A stretch of 57,830 nucleotides of DNA from an uncultured Gammaproteobacteria bacterium (GCA_964596405.1 CAZQSS010000002.1:1-57830); one strand, 5' to 3'; shown: positions 7,666-18,646, counted from the first letter of the stretch. Notes: a model not told the origin generated them from the sequence alone. Translations and numbers: made by a program.

Positions 7666-8049
7666 CTATTTCCCTATCCATTTACCCTTTTCAAGATAAT
7701 CCTCCAACTGATCAAGAATCTCATCGACCGTGCCCAAAAAACTTACTTTATATTTAGGCTTTCCGTCTTTTATCGGCTTCTTATCATCGTGTAAGCCCAA
7801 CTCCCAAACCACATTTCCGTCATCATCTGTCTCCAGATGATTCAGGCTGGTGGTCTGACCCGGATAATATTTTTCAATTAAAGCGTCCAAATCTTCTTTT
7901 TTGACTTCGCCGTCCTCCAATTGGTTGTCTATTCTTTTAGCCGATCTCTTTTTTCTCTTATCCTCGCTTCTGGCATCAACCATAATTCTTTCCTCCGGAG
8001 TTAAAGAGGTGTATTCTTTTCTAATAAAATGAAAACGTCCTTCTGTCAT
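7666..8049 (-). CDS. Hypothetical protein
   Basis: 127-aa ORF with a charged, acidic C-terminus. No motif recognised. Confidence 0.5.
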   Translation of the reverse strand: MTEGRFHFIRKEYTSLTPEERIMVDARSEDKRKKRSAKRIDNQLEDGEVKKEDLDALIEKYYPGQTTSLNHLETDDDGNVVWELGLHDDKKPIKDGKPKYKVSFLGTVDEILDQLEDYLEKGKWIGK

Positions 8050-8143
8050 ATAAGTATGATTCTAATCTACGAATTCTGTGAACGAATCTGCAAATTTGAT
8101 TCGAAACATTCGAAGATTTGTATATTATATCTGTTGATTCGTA
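8050..8143 (-). repeat. About 95-nt intercistronic TACGAATC/TACAAATC repeat family (copy 1)
   Basis: Aligns with 35537-35633, 39557-39656 and 50110-50217. Fills the gap from the uvrA stop to the next start codon. Confidence 0.85.
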
Positions 8144-11005
8144 TCATCTAAAACATTTTTTTAAATATTGTCCGGTATAGCTTCGTTTAATCTTAGAGAC
8201 ATCGCGCGGCGTGCCTTTGGCCACAATCTCGCCGCCCATTTTACCGCCATCCGGCCCCAAATCAATCACCCAATCGGCGCATTTGATCACTTCCAAATTA
8301 TGTTCAATGATCAAAACCGTGTTACCCTTGTCCACTAAACGATTTAATACATTCAGGAGTTGTTTAATGTCTTCAAAATGTAAACCGGTGGTCGGTTCAT
8401 CCAAAATATAAAGAGTCCGGCCGGTGGCGCGGCGGGCTAATTCAGTGGCCAATTTAACGCGCTGAGCTTCACCGCCCGAAAGTTTGGTGGCCGGCTGGCC
8501 CAACTGCAAATAACCCAAACCTACATCGGCTAAAATTCTCAATTTGTCGGCAATAGCCGGCACGTTTCTGAAAAACTCCAAGGCTTCTTCCACGGTCATG
8601 GAAAGAATATCGGCGATGTTCTTACTCTGATAATGAATTTCCAACGCTTCGGCATTATACCGCCGGCCCTGACACTCATCGCATTTAACGTAAACATCGG
8701 CCAAAAACTGCATGGGGATACGCACATAACCTTCGCCGGCGCAGGCTTCGCAACGACCGCCGCCTTTGACATTAAAACTGAACTTGCCGGCTTCGTAACC
8801 GCGCAACTTGGCCTCGGTCACTTCGGTAAAAAGATCGCGGATCAGCGAAAAAACGCCGGTATAAGTCGCCGGATTGGAACGCGGGGTGCGGCCAATCGGC
8901 GCTTGATCAATGCTGATAACTTTGTCAACATTCTCCAGTCCCTTGATGGCTTTATGCTCGGCCGGCAAGGCTTTAGAACGGTAAAAATGCGCGGCCAACG
9001 CTTTGCCCAAAATCTCAACGATCAAAGTGGATTTGCCCGAACCGGAAACTCCGGTCACGCAAACCAATTTGCCCAAAGGAATCTCCACGTCCACGTTTTT
9101 CAAATTAAAAGCCGAGGCTTTTTGAATCTGAATTGTTTTATTATTTCCTTTATGCATTTTCTCCGGTATGGCTATTTCATCGCGTCCGGAAAGATACGCG
9201 CCGGTCAAAGAATTTTTATTTTTTAAAATCTCACTCAGTGTCCCCTGCGCCACAATCTCGCCGCCGTAGACGCCCGCGCCCGGGCCCACATCCATAATAT
9301 AATCGGCGTGGCGCATAATCGTTTCATCGTGTTCTACCACAATCACCGTATTGCCCAAATCGCGCAAGGCTGACAAAGTCTTAATCAATTTTTCCAAATC
9401 GCGGGGATGCAGGCCGATGGACGGTTCATCTAAAATATAAATAACGCCGGTCAGCCCGCTTGAAAGCTGGGTGGAGAGGCGAACGCGCTGGGATTCGCCG
9501 CCGGAGAGGGTAGTGATGGAACGATCCAGCGTCAGATAATCCAAACCGACCTTGGATAAATCATCCAACCTTTTTAAACTTTCTTTGAGAATCGGCGCGG
9601 CAATAGAAGCGTGGGAGGCTATATGAAAATGATCTTTGTGAGAGGATTTTTTGCCCGCTATGGCCTTTAACACCTCGCTGAAAAATTCGCGCGCTTCGGT
9701 GACCGAAAAAGCCGTCATCTCGCTGATATTTTTATCAAAAACCTTAACCGCCAAAGATTCCACTTTTAAACGGCGGCCGCTGCAAAGAGGACAAATCATT
9801 TCCCGCATATACTCCTCAATCTCTTTGCGAACATAATCGGATTGGGTTTCCCGATGTTTGTTTTCCAAATTGGCCATCACGCCCTCAAACTTTACCGACT
9901 TGCCTTCCACCGTATAACAAACATCATTAGTGCCATTGAGGATTAAATCAATTATTTTTTTGGGCAAATCTTTTATGGCCACATCCATGGGGAACTTGTT
10001 GGTATGAGCCGCGGCCTCAAGCAGTTTCAGATACCAATTTTGATTGCCGGTAATGCGCATCCAGGGCTGAATCGCGCCCTCAGCCAAGGTCAAACGCGGG
10101 TTGGGAATAACGAGTGCCGGGTCAACTTTCAGAACAATGCCCAAACCGGTGCATTTGGGGCAAGCGCCATAAGGACTGTTGAAAGAAAAATTATGCGGTT
10201 CCAAATCTTCAAACCGGCGGCCGCACTTCGGACAGCGCCAATGAGTAGAAAAAAGGGTTTCCTTCCTGCCCGCCGAAGAGGCGGGTTTCTTATTCCAGAC
10301 GGCAATCACCAAGCCATTGCCCAATTCCAAAGCATCATCCACCATTTTGGTGACGGCCCCGCTGTTTTTACCGCTCACTTCACCCAAAACAATATCCAAA
10401 TTACAAAGTACTTCTTCTTGATGACGCCTGGCCAAAAACTCATCCGCGGTACAAAACTTGCCTTCAAAACGCAATTCTTTAATTTCCCTGCTTTCCACGA
10501 TTTTTTCCAAATCACCCAAATTCTTTTTTTCAAAACGGCTGAGCGGCGCCAAAATTTTCACCCGCTCTCCGGCCATCACCAAACTTCTGACGGCCTCAAT
10601 AATTTGGCCGGCGGTAAATTTTCGCGTTTCCTCGCCGCAATCCGGACAAGTAATTTTACCGATACGCGCGTAAAGCAAACGGATATGATCGTAGATTTCG
10701 GTAATGGTGCCCACAGTGGAACGCGGATTCTGGCTGACCGAATGCTGATCAATGGCAATGGTCGGCGAAAGCCCCTGCACCTCGTCCACATCCGGCTTAT
10801 CCTGCATTTCCATAAACTGGCGGGCATAAGACGACAATGATTCGGCGTAACGGCGCTGGCCTTCGGCATAAATCGTGTCAAAAGCCAAAGAAGACTTGCC
10901 CGAACCGGACAAACCCGTAATCACCACCAGTTTATTTTTTGGAATAGATAAACTGATGTTTTTTAAATTGTTGACGCGAGCGCCGCGAATGATGATTTTG
11001 TCCAT
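8144..11005 (-). CDS. uvrA: Excinuclease ABC subunit A
   Basis: 953 aa with two ABC ATPase modules ([22 protein letters not shown]), zinc-finger cysteines and LSGGE signatures. Confidence 0.97.
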   Translation of the reverse strand: MDKIIIRGARVNNLKNISLSIPKNKLVVITGLSGSGKSSLAFDTIYAEGQRRYAESLSSYARQFMEMQDKPDVDEVQGLSPTIAIDQHSVSQNPRSTVGTITEIYDHIRLLYARIGKITCPDCGEETRKFTAGQIIEAVRSLVMAGERVKILAPLSRFEKKNLGDLEKIVESREIKELRFEGKFCTADEFLARRHQEEVLCNLDIVLGEVSGKNSGAVTKMVDDALELGNGLVIAVWNKKPASSAGRKETLFSTHWRCPKCGRRFEDLEPHNFSFNSPYGACPKCTGLGIVLKVDPALVIPNPRLTLAEGAIQPWMRITGNQNWYLKLLEAAAHTNKFPMDVAIKDLPKKIIDLILNGTNDVCYTVEGKSVKFEGVMANLENKHRETQSDYVRKEIEEYMREMICPLCSGRRLKVESLAVKVFDKNISEMTAFSVTEAREFFSEVLKAIAGKKSSHKDHFHIASHASIAAPILKESLKRLDDLSKVGLDYLTLDRSITTLSGGESQRVRLSTQLSSGLTGVIYILDEPSIGLHPRDLEKLIKTLSALRDLGNTVIVVEHDETIMRHADYIMDVGPGAGVYGGEIVAQGTLSEILKNKNSLTGAYLSGRDEIAIPEKMHKGNNKTIQIQKASAFNLKNVDVEIPLGKLVCVTGVSGSGKSTLIVEILGKALAAHFYRSKALPAEHKAIKGLENVDKVISIDQAPIGRTPRSNPATYTGVFSLIRDLFTEVTEAKLRGYEAGKFSFNVKGGGRCEACAGEGYVRIPMQFLADVYVKCDECQGRRYNAEALEIHYQSKNIADILSMTVEEALEFFRNVPAIADKLRILADVGLGYLQLGQPATKLSGGEAQRVKLATELARRATGRTLYILDEPTTGLHFEDIKQLLNVLNRLVDKGNTVLIIEHNLEVIKCADWVIDLGPDGGKMGGEIVAKGTPRDVSKIKRSYTGQYLKKCFR

Positions 11006-11015
11006 ATTCTAAATT

Positions 11016-12365
11016 TTATAACTCCGGAAAGGCCGTGCGCGAGAGGGGTATATCGCAAACCATTCCATTTTCCAAATCTGAAAATTTAATCAGAAAAGGG
11101 TACAAAGTATCAAATTTTTTAATTGCCTCTGTCCACCACTCAGCTTCCAGAGCAACATCTTTCCAACCCATCAGTTGGTGTAAGTTTTTATTACAAACTG
11201 TCCCGTCTTTACCTATCGCGTAAACATCGTCATTGCCATTATCGTCATTGATCTCCGCCGCCAGAAAAAAACCACAAGGTTTTGGTGTGCCATCCGCGTT
11301 AATCACCTCGGATTTTAATTTTTCAGCCGTTACCGTAAAAACATATGATTGTTGAGTAGCTTTTTTATCCGTATCTAAATCAATACTTTCCGCATAAGGC
11401 GTCCCATCCTTACAAATAGTCATTAACCGAAGATTGTTGTCAATAAATGGCGCAACAATGCCATTGCCGGTAATTGTGCCTGACAAAAGTCCCTTCACGC
11501 ATTTATAATTATCTTTAGTCTCTTCTATACAGGCTTGCGGCTTGCCGTCAGCGTCATTTTTACAAAGATGGCCGGCACATGTGCTGTCACTACTTTTCAA
11601 AGTATAGTAGCTCGCTCCACAAATCGGCATCTTTAAGGCATCAGGCGATCCGGCTTCACTTTTATATTGTTTAACTTTTCCTTCTTCAGGATTGGCTGAG
11701 AGAGTAAAATCTCCGGGCTTATAATCTTTCAGTTCTCTCTGCTTATCTGTGGGTGTGGCCTTGGCCAAAACCAATTTGGCGTCTTCTTGGTCTTTACACC
11801 ATTCTGTGCCCAATGTCAAGGCCCGCACCATAAACACCCGCGGCAGTTTGAGACGGAGGAGGTCGGGATTGATGGTATAGAGGAGCGTGTAAGAACCCAA
11901 AAGTAAAAATAAACCCATCAGCGCGCCGGTAATACTGGATTTGGCCGAAGTGACGCGGGTGGGATTGCCGGCCGAGGTGGTCCACTCAAAACCGCCCTTG
12001 ATGATCAAAACGGTGGCGATCAGGCCGCCAATGCCCACAAGATAAAGATAAATTTTTTTAATATAATCACCCAAATTGGCAATCGGTCCGGCCTGATCGC
12101 CCACAGTGATGGAAAGCTGGGTTTGACCGGCCGGGATACAACCGCCCCAACTGCCGCACTCGCCATCCGACCCCCCGGGAAGAAAATTTAACTGTTCATT
12201 AAAATCCCAGCCATTGGCCTTGATTTGCGCCTCACAATTTGCTTTAGCCCAACACAGCGGATTTTGTTGCGGCGGAATTTCAGCGGCCAAAACAGGAGAG
12301 ACAGAAAACAAAGAAAAAAGAACAAGGAACAAAGAACAACGAGCAAAGAAAAATTTTTGGAACAT
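11016..12365 (-). CDS. Secreted Cys-rich membrane protein with central two-TM hairpin, function unknown
   Basis: Start trimmed to MFQKFFF.. (signal peptide ..SPVLA-AE). Two hydrophobic helices (IYLYLVGIGGLIATVLII; ITGALMGLFLLLGSYTLLY) and many Cys residues. Confidence 0.55.
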   Translation of the reverse strand: MFQKFFFARCSLFLVLFSLFSVSPVLAAEIPPQQNPLCWAKANCEAQIKANGWDFNEQLNFLPGGSDGECGSWGGCIPAGQTQLSITVGDQAGPIANLGDYIKKIYLYLVGIGGLIATVLIIKGGFEWTTSAGNPTRVTSAKSSITGALMGLFLLLGSYTLLYTINPDLLRLKLPRVFMVRALTLGTEWCKDQEDAKLVLAKATPTDKQRELKDYKPGDFTLSANPEEGKVKQYKSEAGSPDALKMPICGASYYTLKSSDSTCAGHLCKNDADGKPQACIEETKDNYKCVKGLLSGTITGNGIVAPFIDNNLRLMTICKDGTPYAESIDLDTDKKATQQSYVFTVTAEKLKSEVINADGTPKPCGFFLAAEINDDNGNDDVYAIGKDGTVCNKNLHQLMGWKDVALEAEWWTEAIKKFDTLYPFLIKFSDLENGMVCDIPLSRTAFPEL

Positions 12366-12502
12366 ACTTTTTATGAAATAAATTCTAAATCCGAAGCACG
12401 AAATCCTAAACAAATTCTAATGTCCAAAATTCGAAATCCAAAACGATTTAGAATTTTAGAAAATTTGAATTTTGATATTGTTTCGGATTTCGGATTTAGA
12501 GT
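12366..12502. repeat. AAATTCTAAATCCGAA.../...TTCGGATTTAGAG palindromic intergenic repeat (family also at 30286-30402)
   Basis: Long low-complexity inverted repeat that shares GAATTTCGGATTTAGAGTTT-type arms with 30286-30402. Confidence 0.75.
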
Positions 12503-13186
12503 TTAGAGTTTTAACCCCAGCACCCTTTCCCACGCTTCAAGCGGTATGGCGCCCTCAACTTTTTCGCCATTGACGAAAAAAGTGGGTGTGCCCTGAACGC
12601 CTAGGGCAATACCGTCAGCCATATCTTTTTCAAACTGTTTTTCATGTTTTTTACCGGTTAGACACTGGTCAAAAACAGCCGTATCCAGCCCCACTTGAGC
12701 CGCATAATTATTTAAATCCCCAAGCTCGAGTTTACCGACGTTTTGAAAAAGCTTATCATAATAAGCCCAGAACTTGCCTTGATCCTGGGCGCAAAAAGAG
12801 GCCAGAGCGGCATTTTTGGCGTTGACATTTTCACTGTGCCCGGGGAAAAATCTAAAAACCAAACTAACTTTATCCGGATACTTAGCCGCGAGTTCACGGA
12901 TGGCCGGAAAAGCCTCGGCTGAAAACTCGCAGGAAAAATCAGCAAATTCCACGATATTAATTTCAGCAGCCGCGCTACCCAGCCGCGGCGAATCCGGAGA
13001 TATCAATTTCTCCAAAGCCGGCGCAACTTTACTCGAAAATTTAAGATAACTCTTTTGAAAATGGACAGCGGACGATGACGCGTCGCCGCTTTTAATCAGC
13101 CGATAAAAATTAAAAACCCGCCAGCCAAAAAATCCCAAAACCAGAACAGTTATCGCCAAAATGATTATCAAAATTGTTTTTTTCAT
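12503..13186 (-). CDS. DsbA-family thioredoxin-fold protein with CxxS active-site variant
   Basis: N-terminal TM anchor and DsbA-like layout. The active-site region EFADFSCEFSAEAF has C-E-F-S instead of CxxC. Confidence 0.7.
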   Translation of the reverse strand: MKKTILIIILAITVLVLGFFGWRVFNFYRLIKSGDASSSAVHFQKSYLKFSSKVAPALEKLISPDSPRLGSAAAEINIVEFADFSCEFSAEAFPAIRELAAKYPDKVSLVFRFFPGHSENVNAKNAALASFCAQDQGKFWAYYDKLFQNVGKLELGDLNNYAAQVGLDTAVFDQCLTGKKHEKQFEKDMADGIALGVQGTPTFFVNGEKVEGAIPLEAWERVLGLKL

Positions 13187-13192
13187 AGTGTT

Positions 13193-14230
13193 TTAGTTTT
13201 CTGTTTCCGGAACAGCGGCAACACCGTAACCGGTGTCGCCCGGCCAAAGATATGATTCATATGTCCAATCGGCCAAGGCTCTAGCCTCATTAAAACGCCC
13301 TTCATTAGAAGTCGCCCCTAAAACCACCACCACGAGTTTGCGGCCGGCCGCGTTTTTTACTTCTACCGCCACGCTGTGCCCCGCCTCATCAATAAAACCG
13401 GTTTTACCGCCCTCAATACCGGCAATGGGACTGTCGGTTAAATTTGAAACCAAAAGCAGGTTGGTGGCGCGAATCTCTTTTTTTACCGACTGCCCGTCGG
13501 CGTCAATTACGGTCAACATATAACTTTTGGCCGTGGTCGCCTTTTTGATCAACGGCTCACGGAGGGCGGCCTTGAGGAGCAAAGCCACTTCTTTGGTTGT
13601 TGATCGATTTTGAGAGTTCAGGCCGGTGGGTTCAACCACTTGAGTATTTTTAAAGCCTAGGGCGGATGCTTCTTCGTTCATTTTAAAAACAAAATCTTCC
13701 AAAGAAAGGCCGGTGGAGCGCGCCAAAGCCATGGCCGCGTTATTGGAAGAACCGACCAAAGTGGCATAAAATAAATCGTAGACCCGCACCCGATCGCCTT
13801 CATTTAAAAATAATCTGCCTTCGCGGCCGTCTTGCGCCTCAATGATCATTTCTTTATCCCAGTCGGGCTGATTTTTTAAAAAAACCAAAACGGTTAGCAA
13901 TTTTGTAATACTGCCGACGGGACGGACAGTATCGGCCTCTTGCGAGACCAGCGGCAGCTCGCTGGCTTCATCTAAAACCAAAAAACTTCTGGCGGACAAT
14001 TTTAAATTAAACTCTGTTTCCGGCTGGCGGCGCGGCGCCAAATCTACTTTTCTTTGGGCCAGGGGCAAACTTTTTTTTGTTTCCGCTTCTTGACGCAAAT
14101 CACCGCCTCTTTGTTCGCTGCTTTGGACGACCCGGTTGTTGAGGGGAAAAGCGGAGAGGGGTAAAAAACTCAAAACACCCAGACTCAAAGCCATTTTCCA
14201 GATAAAAATTTTAAACAAAAAGCTGATCAT
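13193..14230 (-). CDS. D-alanyl-D-alanine carboxypeptidase (S11, PBP5-like)
   Basis: Motifs SITK (SxxK), SSNN (SxN) and KTGF (KTG) in the correct order, with a signal or anchor sequence. Confidence 0.85.
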   Translation of the reverse strand: MISFLFKIFIWKMALSLGVLSFLPLSAFPLNNRVVQSSEQRGGDLRQEAETKKSLPLAQRKVDLAPRRQPETEFNLKLSARSFLVLDEASELPLVSQEADTVRPVGSITKLLTVLVFLKNQPDWDKEMIIEAQDGREGRLFLNEGDRVRVYDLFYATLVGSSNNAAMALARSTGLSLEDFVFKMNEEASALGFKNTQVVEPTGLNSQNRSTTKEVALLLKAALREPLIKKATTAKSYMLTVIDADGQSVKKEIRATNLLLVSNLTDSPIAGIEGGKTGFIDEAGHSVAVEVKNAAGRKLVVVVLGATSNEGRFNEARALADWTYESYLWPGDTGYGVAAVPETEN

Positions 14231-14778
14231 ACCTCAGATTTTTTTGTATCTTCCAGCAATCTCTGCAATAGATCATTGTGATGCAGATGCTCATAATCCG
14301 GTAGTTCGCTGAGTTCGCGCAAACCCAAAAAGCGCATAAAATCCAGAGTCACGGTGTAGACCAACTGGACCCGAGCCTTGTCTTCCTCGGTCTGAATTAA
14401 CCCGCGGATCATTAAATTTCTCAAAATTAAACTGCAATTAACGCCGCGAATTTGTTCCAACTCCAACTTGGTAATTGGCCCGCGATAAGCGACAATCGTC
14501 AAGGCTTCCAAAGACGGACGAGTTAATTCACCTGTGTTTTCATCCTGAACATATTGTTTAACCAGCTTGCTGTTATCGGGATTTGTAATCATTTGCCATT
14601 CTTTGCCGTTATTCATCAGCTGGATGCCGTTCTCTTGATGATTATATTTTTCTTTGAGGACATTAAGAGCTTCGGATATTTCTTTTTCTTCCATCTCGGT
14701 AAATTCCGCCAATTTTTTAACCGTCAGCGGTTTGGCCGCGATAAACAAGACGGATTCAATTTTAGAACTAAGTGCCAT
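14227..14778 (-). CDS. scpB: Segregation and condensation protein B
   Basis: 183 aa with N-terminus IESVLFIAAKPLTVKKLAE and tandem winged-helix layout. Overlaps the downstream gene by 4 nt and lies downstream of scpA. Confidence 0.85.
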   Translation of the reverse strand: MALSSKIESVLFIAAKPLTVKKLAEFTEMEEKEISEALNVLKEKYNHQENGIQLMNNGKEWQMITNPDNSKLVKQYVQDENTGELTRPSLEALTIVAYRGPITKLELEQIRGVNCSLILRNLMIRGLIQTEEDKARVQLVYTVTLDFMRFLGLRELSELPDYEHLHHNDLLQRLLEDTKKSEV

Positions 14779-14872
14779 AAATAAACACAGATAACACAGA
14801 TTTTGACACAGACCGCACAGATCACAGATCTGTGATCTGTGAAATCCGTATTTAATTTATGCAATCTGTGTT
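14779..14872. repeat. CACAGATCACAGATCTGTGATCTGTG palindromic repeat family (copy 1)
   Basis: Shares the core ACACAGATCACAGATCTGTGATCTGTG with 31773-31865. Confidence 0.85.
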
Positions 14873-15565
14873 TTATAATTTTTCAATTGATATTTCTTCG
14901 AAATTATTCTGTTGAACAATAAACAATTCACGCTGTTTGGTCAATTCCAGAATGGCCAAAAAACTGACGATAATTTCGGTGCGACTTTGAGCCACTTCCA
15001 ACAAATGTCTAAAACCGAACTTGCCGCCGTTCGTCAACATGCTTCTGATCTGTTCAATCTTTTCCCGAATGGAAACTGTCTTGGCCATAGACAGCCGGGG
15101 CAGTTCCAAAATCGGTTTTAAGCGGGCCAACACGTCTTCAAACATCTTTTGCATCTTGGAGGCGGTGAGTCCGACCGGCGGATAAAATCCGGCTTCAACC
15201 AATTTAATCGGTGTTTCACGGCAAAACGCAAAACGTTTCTTTTTGATGGCGCCTTCAATTTTTTTGGCCGCTTCCACAAATTCTTTATACATTCTCAACT
15301 GATCCGCCAGGCTGATGCCGTCTTCTTCGCCCACATTCAACTCCGGCAAAAGAGTTTTGGATTTAATGTAAAGCAATTTGGCGGCAATGACCAAAAAATC
15401 CGCCATTTCATCTTCAGAAATCCCCGGATTACTGTTTAAGTAATTCAGGTAACTTTCTGTCACTTGGGCCAGGGCGATTTCGGTAATATCCAGCTTTTCC
15501 GCCTCCACCATTCCCAAGAGCAATGCCAACGGCCCTTCAAATTTTTCTAACTTCAGGGTATGCAC
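14873..15565 (-). CDS. scpA: Segregation and condensation protein A
   Basis: 230 aa with the typical ScpA N-terminus LEKFEGPLALLLGMVEAEKLDITEIALAQVTESYL. Confidence 0.85.
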   Translation of the reverse strand: MHTLKLEKFEGPLALLLGMVEAEKLDITEIALAQVTESYLNYLNSNPGISEDEMADFLVIAAKLLYIKSKTLLPELNVGEEDGISLADQLRMYKEFVEAAKKIEGAIKKKRFAFCRETPIKLVEAGFYPPVGLTASKMQKMFEDVLARLKPILELPRLSMAKTVSIREKIEQIRSMLTNGGKFGFRHLLEVAQSRTEIIVSFLAILELTKQRELFIVQQNNFEEISIEKL

Positions 15566-15583
15566 AAAACTAAATTAGACCTT

Positions 15584-16102
15584 TTACTTCTTTTTCTTTT
15601 TCGCTAAAACTTTTTTGACTTTGGTTTTGGCCGCCTGGCTAATCTCGGCTACGGTCATCTTTTCTAATTTATAGAGATCTTTTACTTTCATCCTTAAGGA
15701 TTCGGTAAAGCTACCGGCGCCAAAAATCGCTTTTTCCGCTTTCAACAAAGCTTTGTCCAAATACGGTTCCACTTTATGCAAGCCGGCAAATGGGGTGAGC
15801 GCACCCGGTTTGACCTTCAGGATTTTTTCCATCGCCTTCTCCGGCGCCAGTTCAATGGCTTTGGCCTTCAAGACTTTTTTGAGCTTGGCCATATCCAACC
15901 GATAGTGGGCCGGTAAAACCACGAGTACATATTTTTTATCGGCCTTAACTAAAAGCGTCTTAGCAATTTTGCTCATCTTTTCTTTTAACGTATTGGCCAA
16001 ATCAAAAGTGGTAAAAACCTGCTTGTGCGGCACTTTTTCGTATTTCACGCCTCGGCTATCTAAATAATTAATGACTTTTTTGGGAATCATAGAGATTGTC
16101 AA
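15584..16102 (-). CDS. YbaK/ProX-family aminoacyl-tRNA deacylase-like protein
   Basis: 172 aa with a YbaK-like pattern (..TLLVKADKKYVLVVLPAHYRLDMAKLKKVL..) and a Lys-rich tail. Confidence 0.55.
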   Translation of the reverse strand: MTISMIPKKVINYLDSRGVKYEKVPHKQVFTTFDLANTLKEKMSKIAKTLLVKADKKYVLVVLPAHYRLDMAKLKKVLKAKAIELAPEKAMEKILKVKPGALTPFAGLHKVEPYLDKALLKAEKAIFGAGSFTESLRMKVKDLYKLEKMTVAEISQAAKTKVKKVLAKKKKK

Positions 16103-16113
16103 TTGTTAATAAG

Positions 16114-17475
16114 TTAATTATTAATTGTTTTCTTGTATTCCGGCGGGGAGATTTGCAAATCAATGCGGTTTAAATCGCGCGGAAAAAGAGTGGCTTGTTT
16201 AACGTTATCAACGCCCAAAAGCTTGGCGGTCAGTCGCTCCAAACCAATCGCCAATCCGCCTTCGGGCGGCATGCCATATTTAAAAGCCTGCAGATAAAAA
16301 GAAAAATTAGCCGGATCCAATCCCCATTTCCTGATATTTTCCACCAACTGATTATAATCGTTGAGACGTTGACCACCGGTGGTAATTTCCACCCCGCGGA
16401 AAAGCAAATCAAAACTCTTGGTATATTCCGGATCGGTTTCATCCGGATATGTATACATGGGACGCTTCTTGGTCGGATAATGCGTGATGAAAATAAAATC
16501 AGAATCGTACTTTCTTTTCGCGTACTCCCCCAGCCAAACCTCATCGGACGGATCCAAATCCGGTTCGGCCGTGTGGTCAATCCCGGCTTCTTTTTTAATT
16601 AGCTCTTGAGCCTCTTTTAATTTTAAAAAAGGAATTTCTTTGGGCACAACCGGCAACTCCGCCCCCAACGTCTGGAGTTCGTCTGAAAAATTTTTCTTCA
16701 GATAATCCATCATGTGGGCCAATAAATCGCGTTCCAGCCGCATTACATCGGTGTGATCTTTGATAAAACCGAATTCCAAATCCAATGAAGTGTATTCGTT
16801 GATGTGACGGGTGGTGGCGTGTTGCTCGGCGCGAAAAACATTACCGACCGTAAAGACGCGCTCAAAAACACCGACCATAATTTGTTTGTAAAATTGCGGG
16901 CTCTGGGCTAAAAACGCCGGATGGCCAAAATAATCCACTTTAAAAACATTGGCGCCACCTTCGGTTGAGGCGCCGACAATTTTGGGACATTGAAATTCCG
17001 TAAAATCCCGACTAATTAAAAAAGACCGAAAAGCTTGCACCAGCGCGGCCTGAATCTTAAAAATCGCGCGGTTTTTTTCGGTCCGCAAGGTCAAGGGCAA
17101 CATATCCAAATAAACATCCAAACCCATTTTCTCGTCCGCCGGATCCAGCGGTAGCGGCTCAGCCTTGGCCAAAATTTTAAAACCCTTGGCCAACACTTCA
17201 ATCGCCCCGGTAACCAAATTGGGATTAACACTCTTTTCGTTACGTTTTTGGACAATACCTGAAATCGACACCACAAATTCCGTTCGTACTTCTTTGGCGG
17301 CGTCATAGTCCGCCCCCATCTCCGACGGCGCGCAAATAACCTGTACCAAACCGCTTCGGTCGCGAATATCCAAAAAAATAATCTTACCTAAATTGCGCCG
17401 GGCGCGCACCCACCCTTCCAACAATACCTCTTGGCCGATTTTTTGAGTTGTTTCCAAGATTAAAGTTCTCTCCAT
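16114..17475 (-). CDS. aspS: Aspartyl-tRNA synthetase, archaeal/eukaryal type
   Basis: 453 aa. Class II motif 2 FRAEQHATTRHINEYTSLDLEF, motif 3 GGLAIGLERL, and an N-terminal OB fold. Confidence 0.9.
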   Translation of the reverse strand: MERTLILETTQKIGQEVLLEGWVRARRNLGKIIFLDIRDRSGLVQVICAPSEMGADYDAAKEVRTEFVVSISGIVQKRNEKSVNPNLVTGAIEVLAKGFKILAKAEPLPLDPADEKMGLDVYLDMLPLTLRTEKNRAIFKIQAALVQAFRSFLISRDFTEFQCPKIVGASTEGGANVFKVDYFGHPAFLAQSPQFYKQIMVGVFERVFTVGNVFRAEQHATTRHINEYTSLDLEFGFIKDHTDVMRLERDLLAHMMDYLKKNFSDELQTLGAELPVVPKEIPFLKLKEAQELIKKEAGIDHTAEPDLDPSDEVWLGEYAKRKYDSDFIFITHYPTKKRPMYTYPDETDPEYTKSFDLLFRGVEITTGGQRLNDYNQLVENIRKWGLDPANFSFYLQAFKYGMPPEGGLAIGLERLTAKLLGVDNVKQATLFPRDLNRIDLQISPPEYKKTINN

Positions 17476-17552
17476 AGTCCGTTATATGATTACTTTAAGC
17501 ATTCATTATTCTACCAATTTTTAAGCCCCTTGGCAATAGTGGGGTTTAGGAT

Positions 17553-17584
17553 AAAAAAAGCCCGCTCGAAAGTTCGAACGGGCT
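17553..17584 (-). terminator. Rho-independent terminator of the lipoprotein gene
   Basis: Hairpin with arms AGCCCG and CGGGCT followed by a T-run on the minus strand. Confidence 0.75.
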
Positions 17585-17608
17585 GTGGGCTCGGCGATGG
17601 TTCTATCG

Positions 17609-18424
17609 TCAGAGCGACTTGGGCGGAATAAGGAGCTGTAAGAGAGCTTCACCGGCTTCCAGGATTTCCTGGGTGTCACCGGCTGGCGCGCAACCTTGCT
17701 TGATCTCCAGGTAACGAACCAACAAGCTGTGAACGGCCGTGACTTGCTGGAGCGTCAGGTAGGGGCTAGGTCCGAGCTGACTGTCAGAGAGGGCACTCGC
17801 CGCCATATCCACGTGATTCAGAAGGTACTGGTTGGTCATGTCCAGGTTGTGGTTCGGCTCACTGCAGACGCCGCCGACAGCTCGGCCGGCCCGCCACTCA
17901 ATCACCCGCTGCACCAGGTTGGTCAGGCCAAAATGAGTAACACTCATCATAGCGACATTGCCGGTGACCGAGGAGGTGCTGGCGGTGAAGAAAAGCGGGT
18001 CTTTGAGATTCAGAGACGGATTGGCCGACGGCAGCAGAGTGACAAGTGCGCTTTCCTCAACTGTCTGGGTGTTGCCGCTCACCGTGCCAATCTTGACCAT
18101 GATCTTGTGATACAAAATCCTGTCACCGACCGGCTTGACTTCCACGCTGCCGACGAAATTATAAAGCTCGCTCGGCATGGCCGGTTTGCCCTTTGCTTCG
18201 AAAGTCACCACCTGCTCGACGAATGCGTCCGGGTAATCCATGCTGTGCATGACGAGCGTCAGCTGCGGATTTTCCTCGGGCCTGGCTGCCTCCGGCGGAT
18301 CAACCTTCGGGGCCGGTTTTTCCACGACCGGCAGAACAGTTTGGGCCGACCGCACGGTCACACAACCGCTGCCGAAAACCGTTATCAAAAGAACCGTCGT
18401 CACCGCCAGCATCATCTTTTTCAT
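17609..18424 (-). CDS. Lipoprotein, paralog family member 1
   Basis: Signal peptide and lipobox (VFGSGC). The C-terminal block ..PYLTLQQVTAVHSLLVRYLEIKQGCAPAGDTQEILEAGEALLQLL aligns with 25301-26062 and 26059-26835. G+C-rich. Confidence 0.75.
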   Translation of the reverse strand: MKKMMLAVTTVLLITVFGSGCVTVRSAQTVLPVVEKPAPKVDPPEAARPEENPQLTLVMHSMDYPDAFVEQVVTFEAKGKPAMPSELYNFVGSVEVKPVGDRILYHKIMVKIGTVSGNTQTVEESALVTLLPSANPSLNLKDPLFFTASTSSVTGNVAMMSVTHFGLTNLVQRVIEWRAGRAVGGVCSEPNHNLDMTNQYLLNHVDMAASALSDSQLGPSPYLTLQQVTAVHSLLVRYLEIKQGCAPAGDTQEILEAGEALLQLLIPPKSL

Positions 18425-18476
18425 GGCTTCTTCTCCTTATTTTAGGCCTGTTAAAGATCTGCTCTCAAAACATTAT

Positions 18477-18505
18477 ATGATAGCACATTTTTAGCCTTTT
18501 GTCAA
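18477..18505 (-). promoter_or_regulatory. Sigma70-type promoter (TTGACA-17-TATCAT)
   Basis: The minus strand reads TTGACAaaaggctaaaaatgtgcTATCAT, near-identical in layout to 3563-3591. Confidence 0.65.
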
Positions 18506-18646
18506 GCATAGAAAGATTTGATATAATACTAGTAGTTTTGATAGCTTTTTGGCTAAACCCACACCGATTTCGTCTGTAGTAATTATTTTGATTCATAAGT
18601 CATTTATGAATTAAAGACGATGACCAAATTTTAGCATATTCACACT

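Noticed and set aside
8633-10840. The antisense ORFs inside uvrA (8633-9226, 10004-10840, 10458-10673, 10576-10881).
   Set aside because: They lie within a full-length, highly conserved uvrA reading frame and have no independent signals.
17696-18445. The 249-aa plus-strand ORF antisense to the lipoprotein gene.
   Set aside because: Its composition is Arg/His-rich and it has no RBS. The minus-strand frame has a lipobox, paralogs, a promoter and a terminator.
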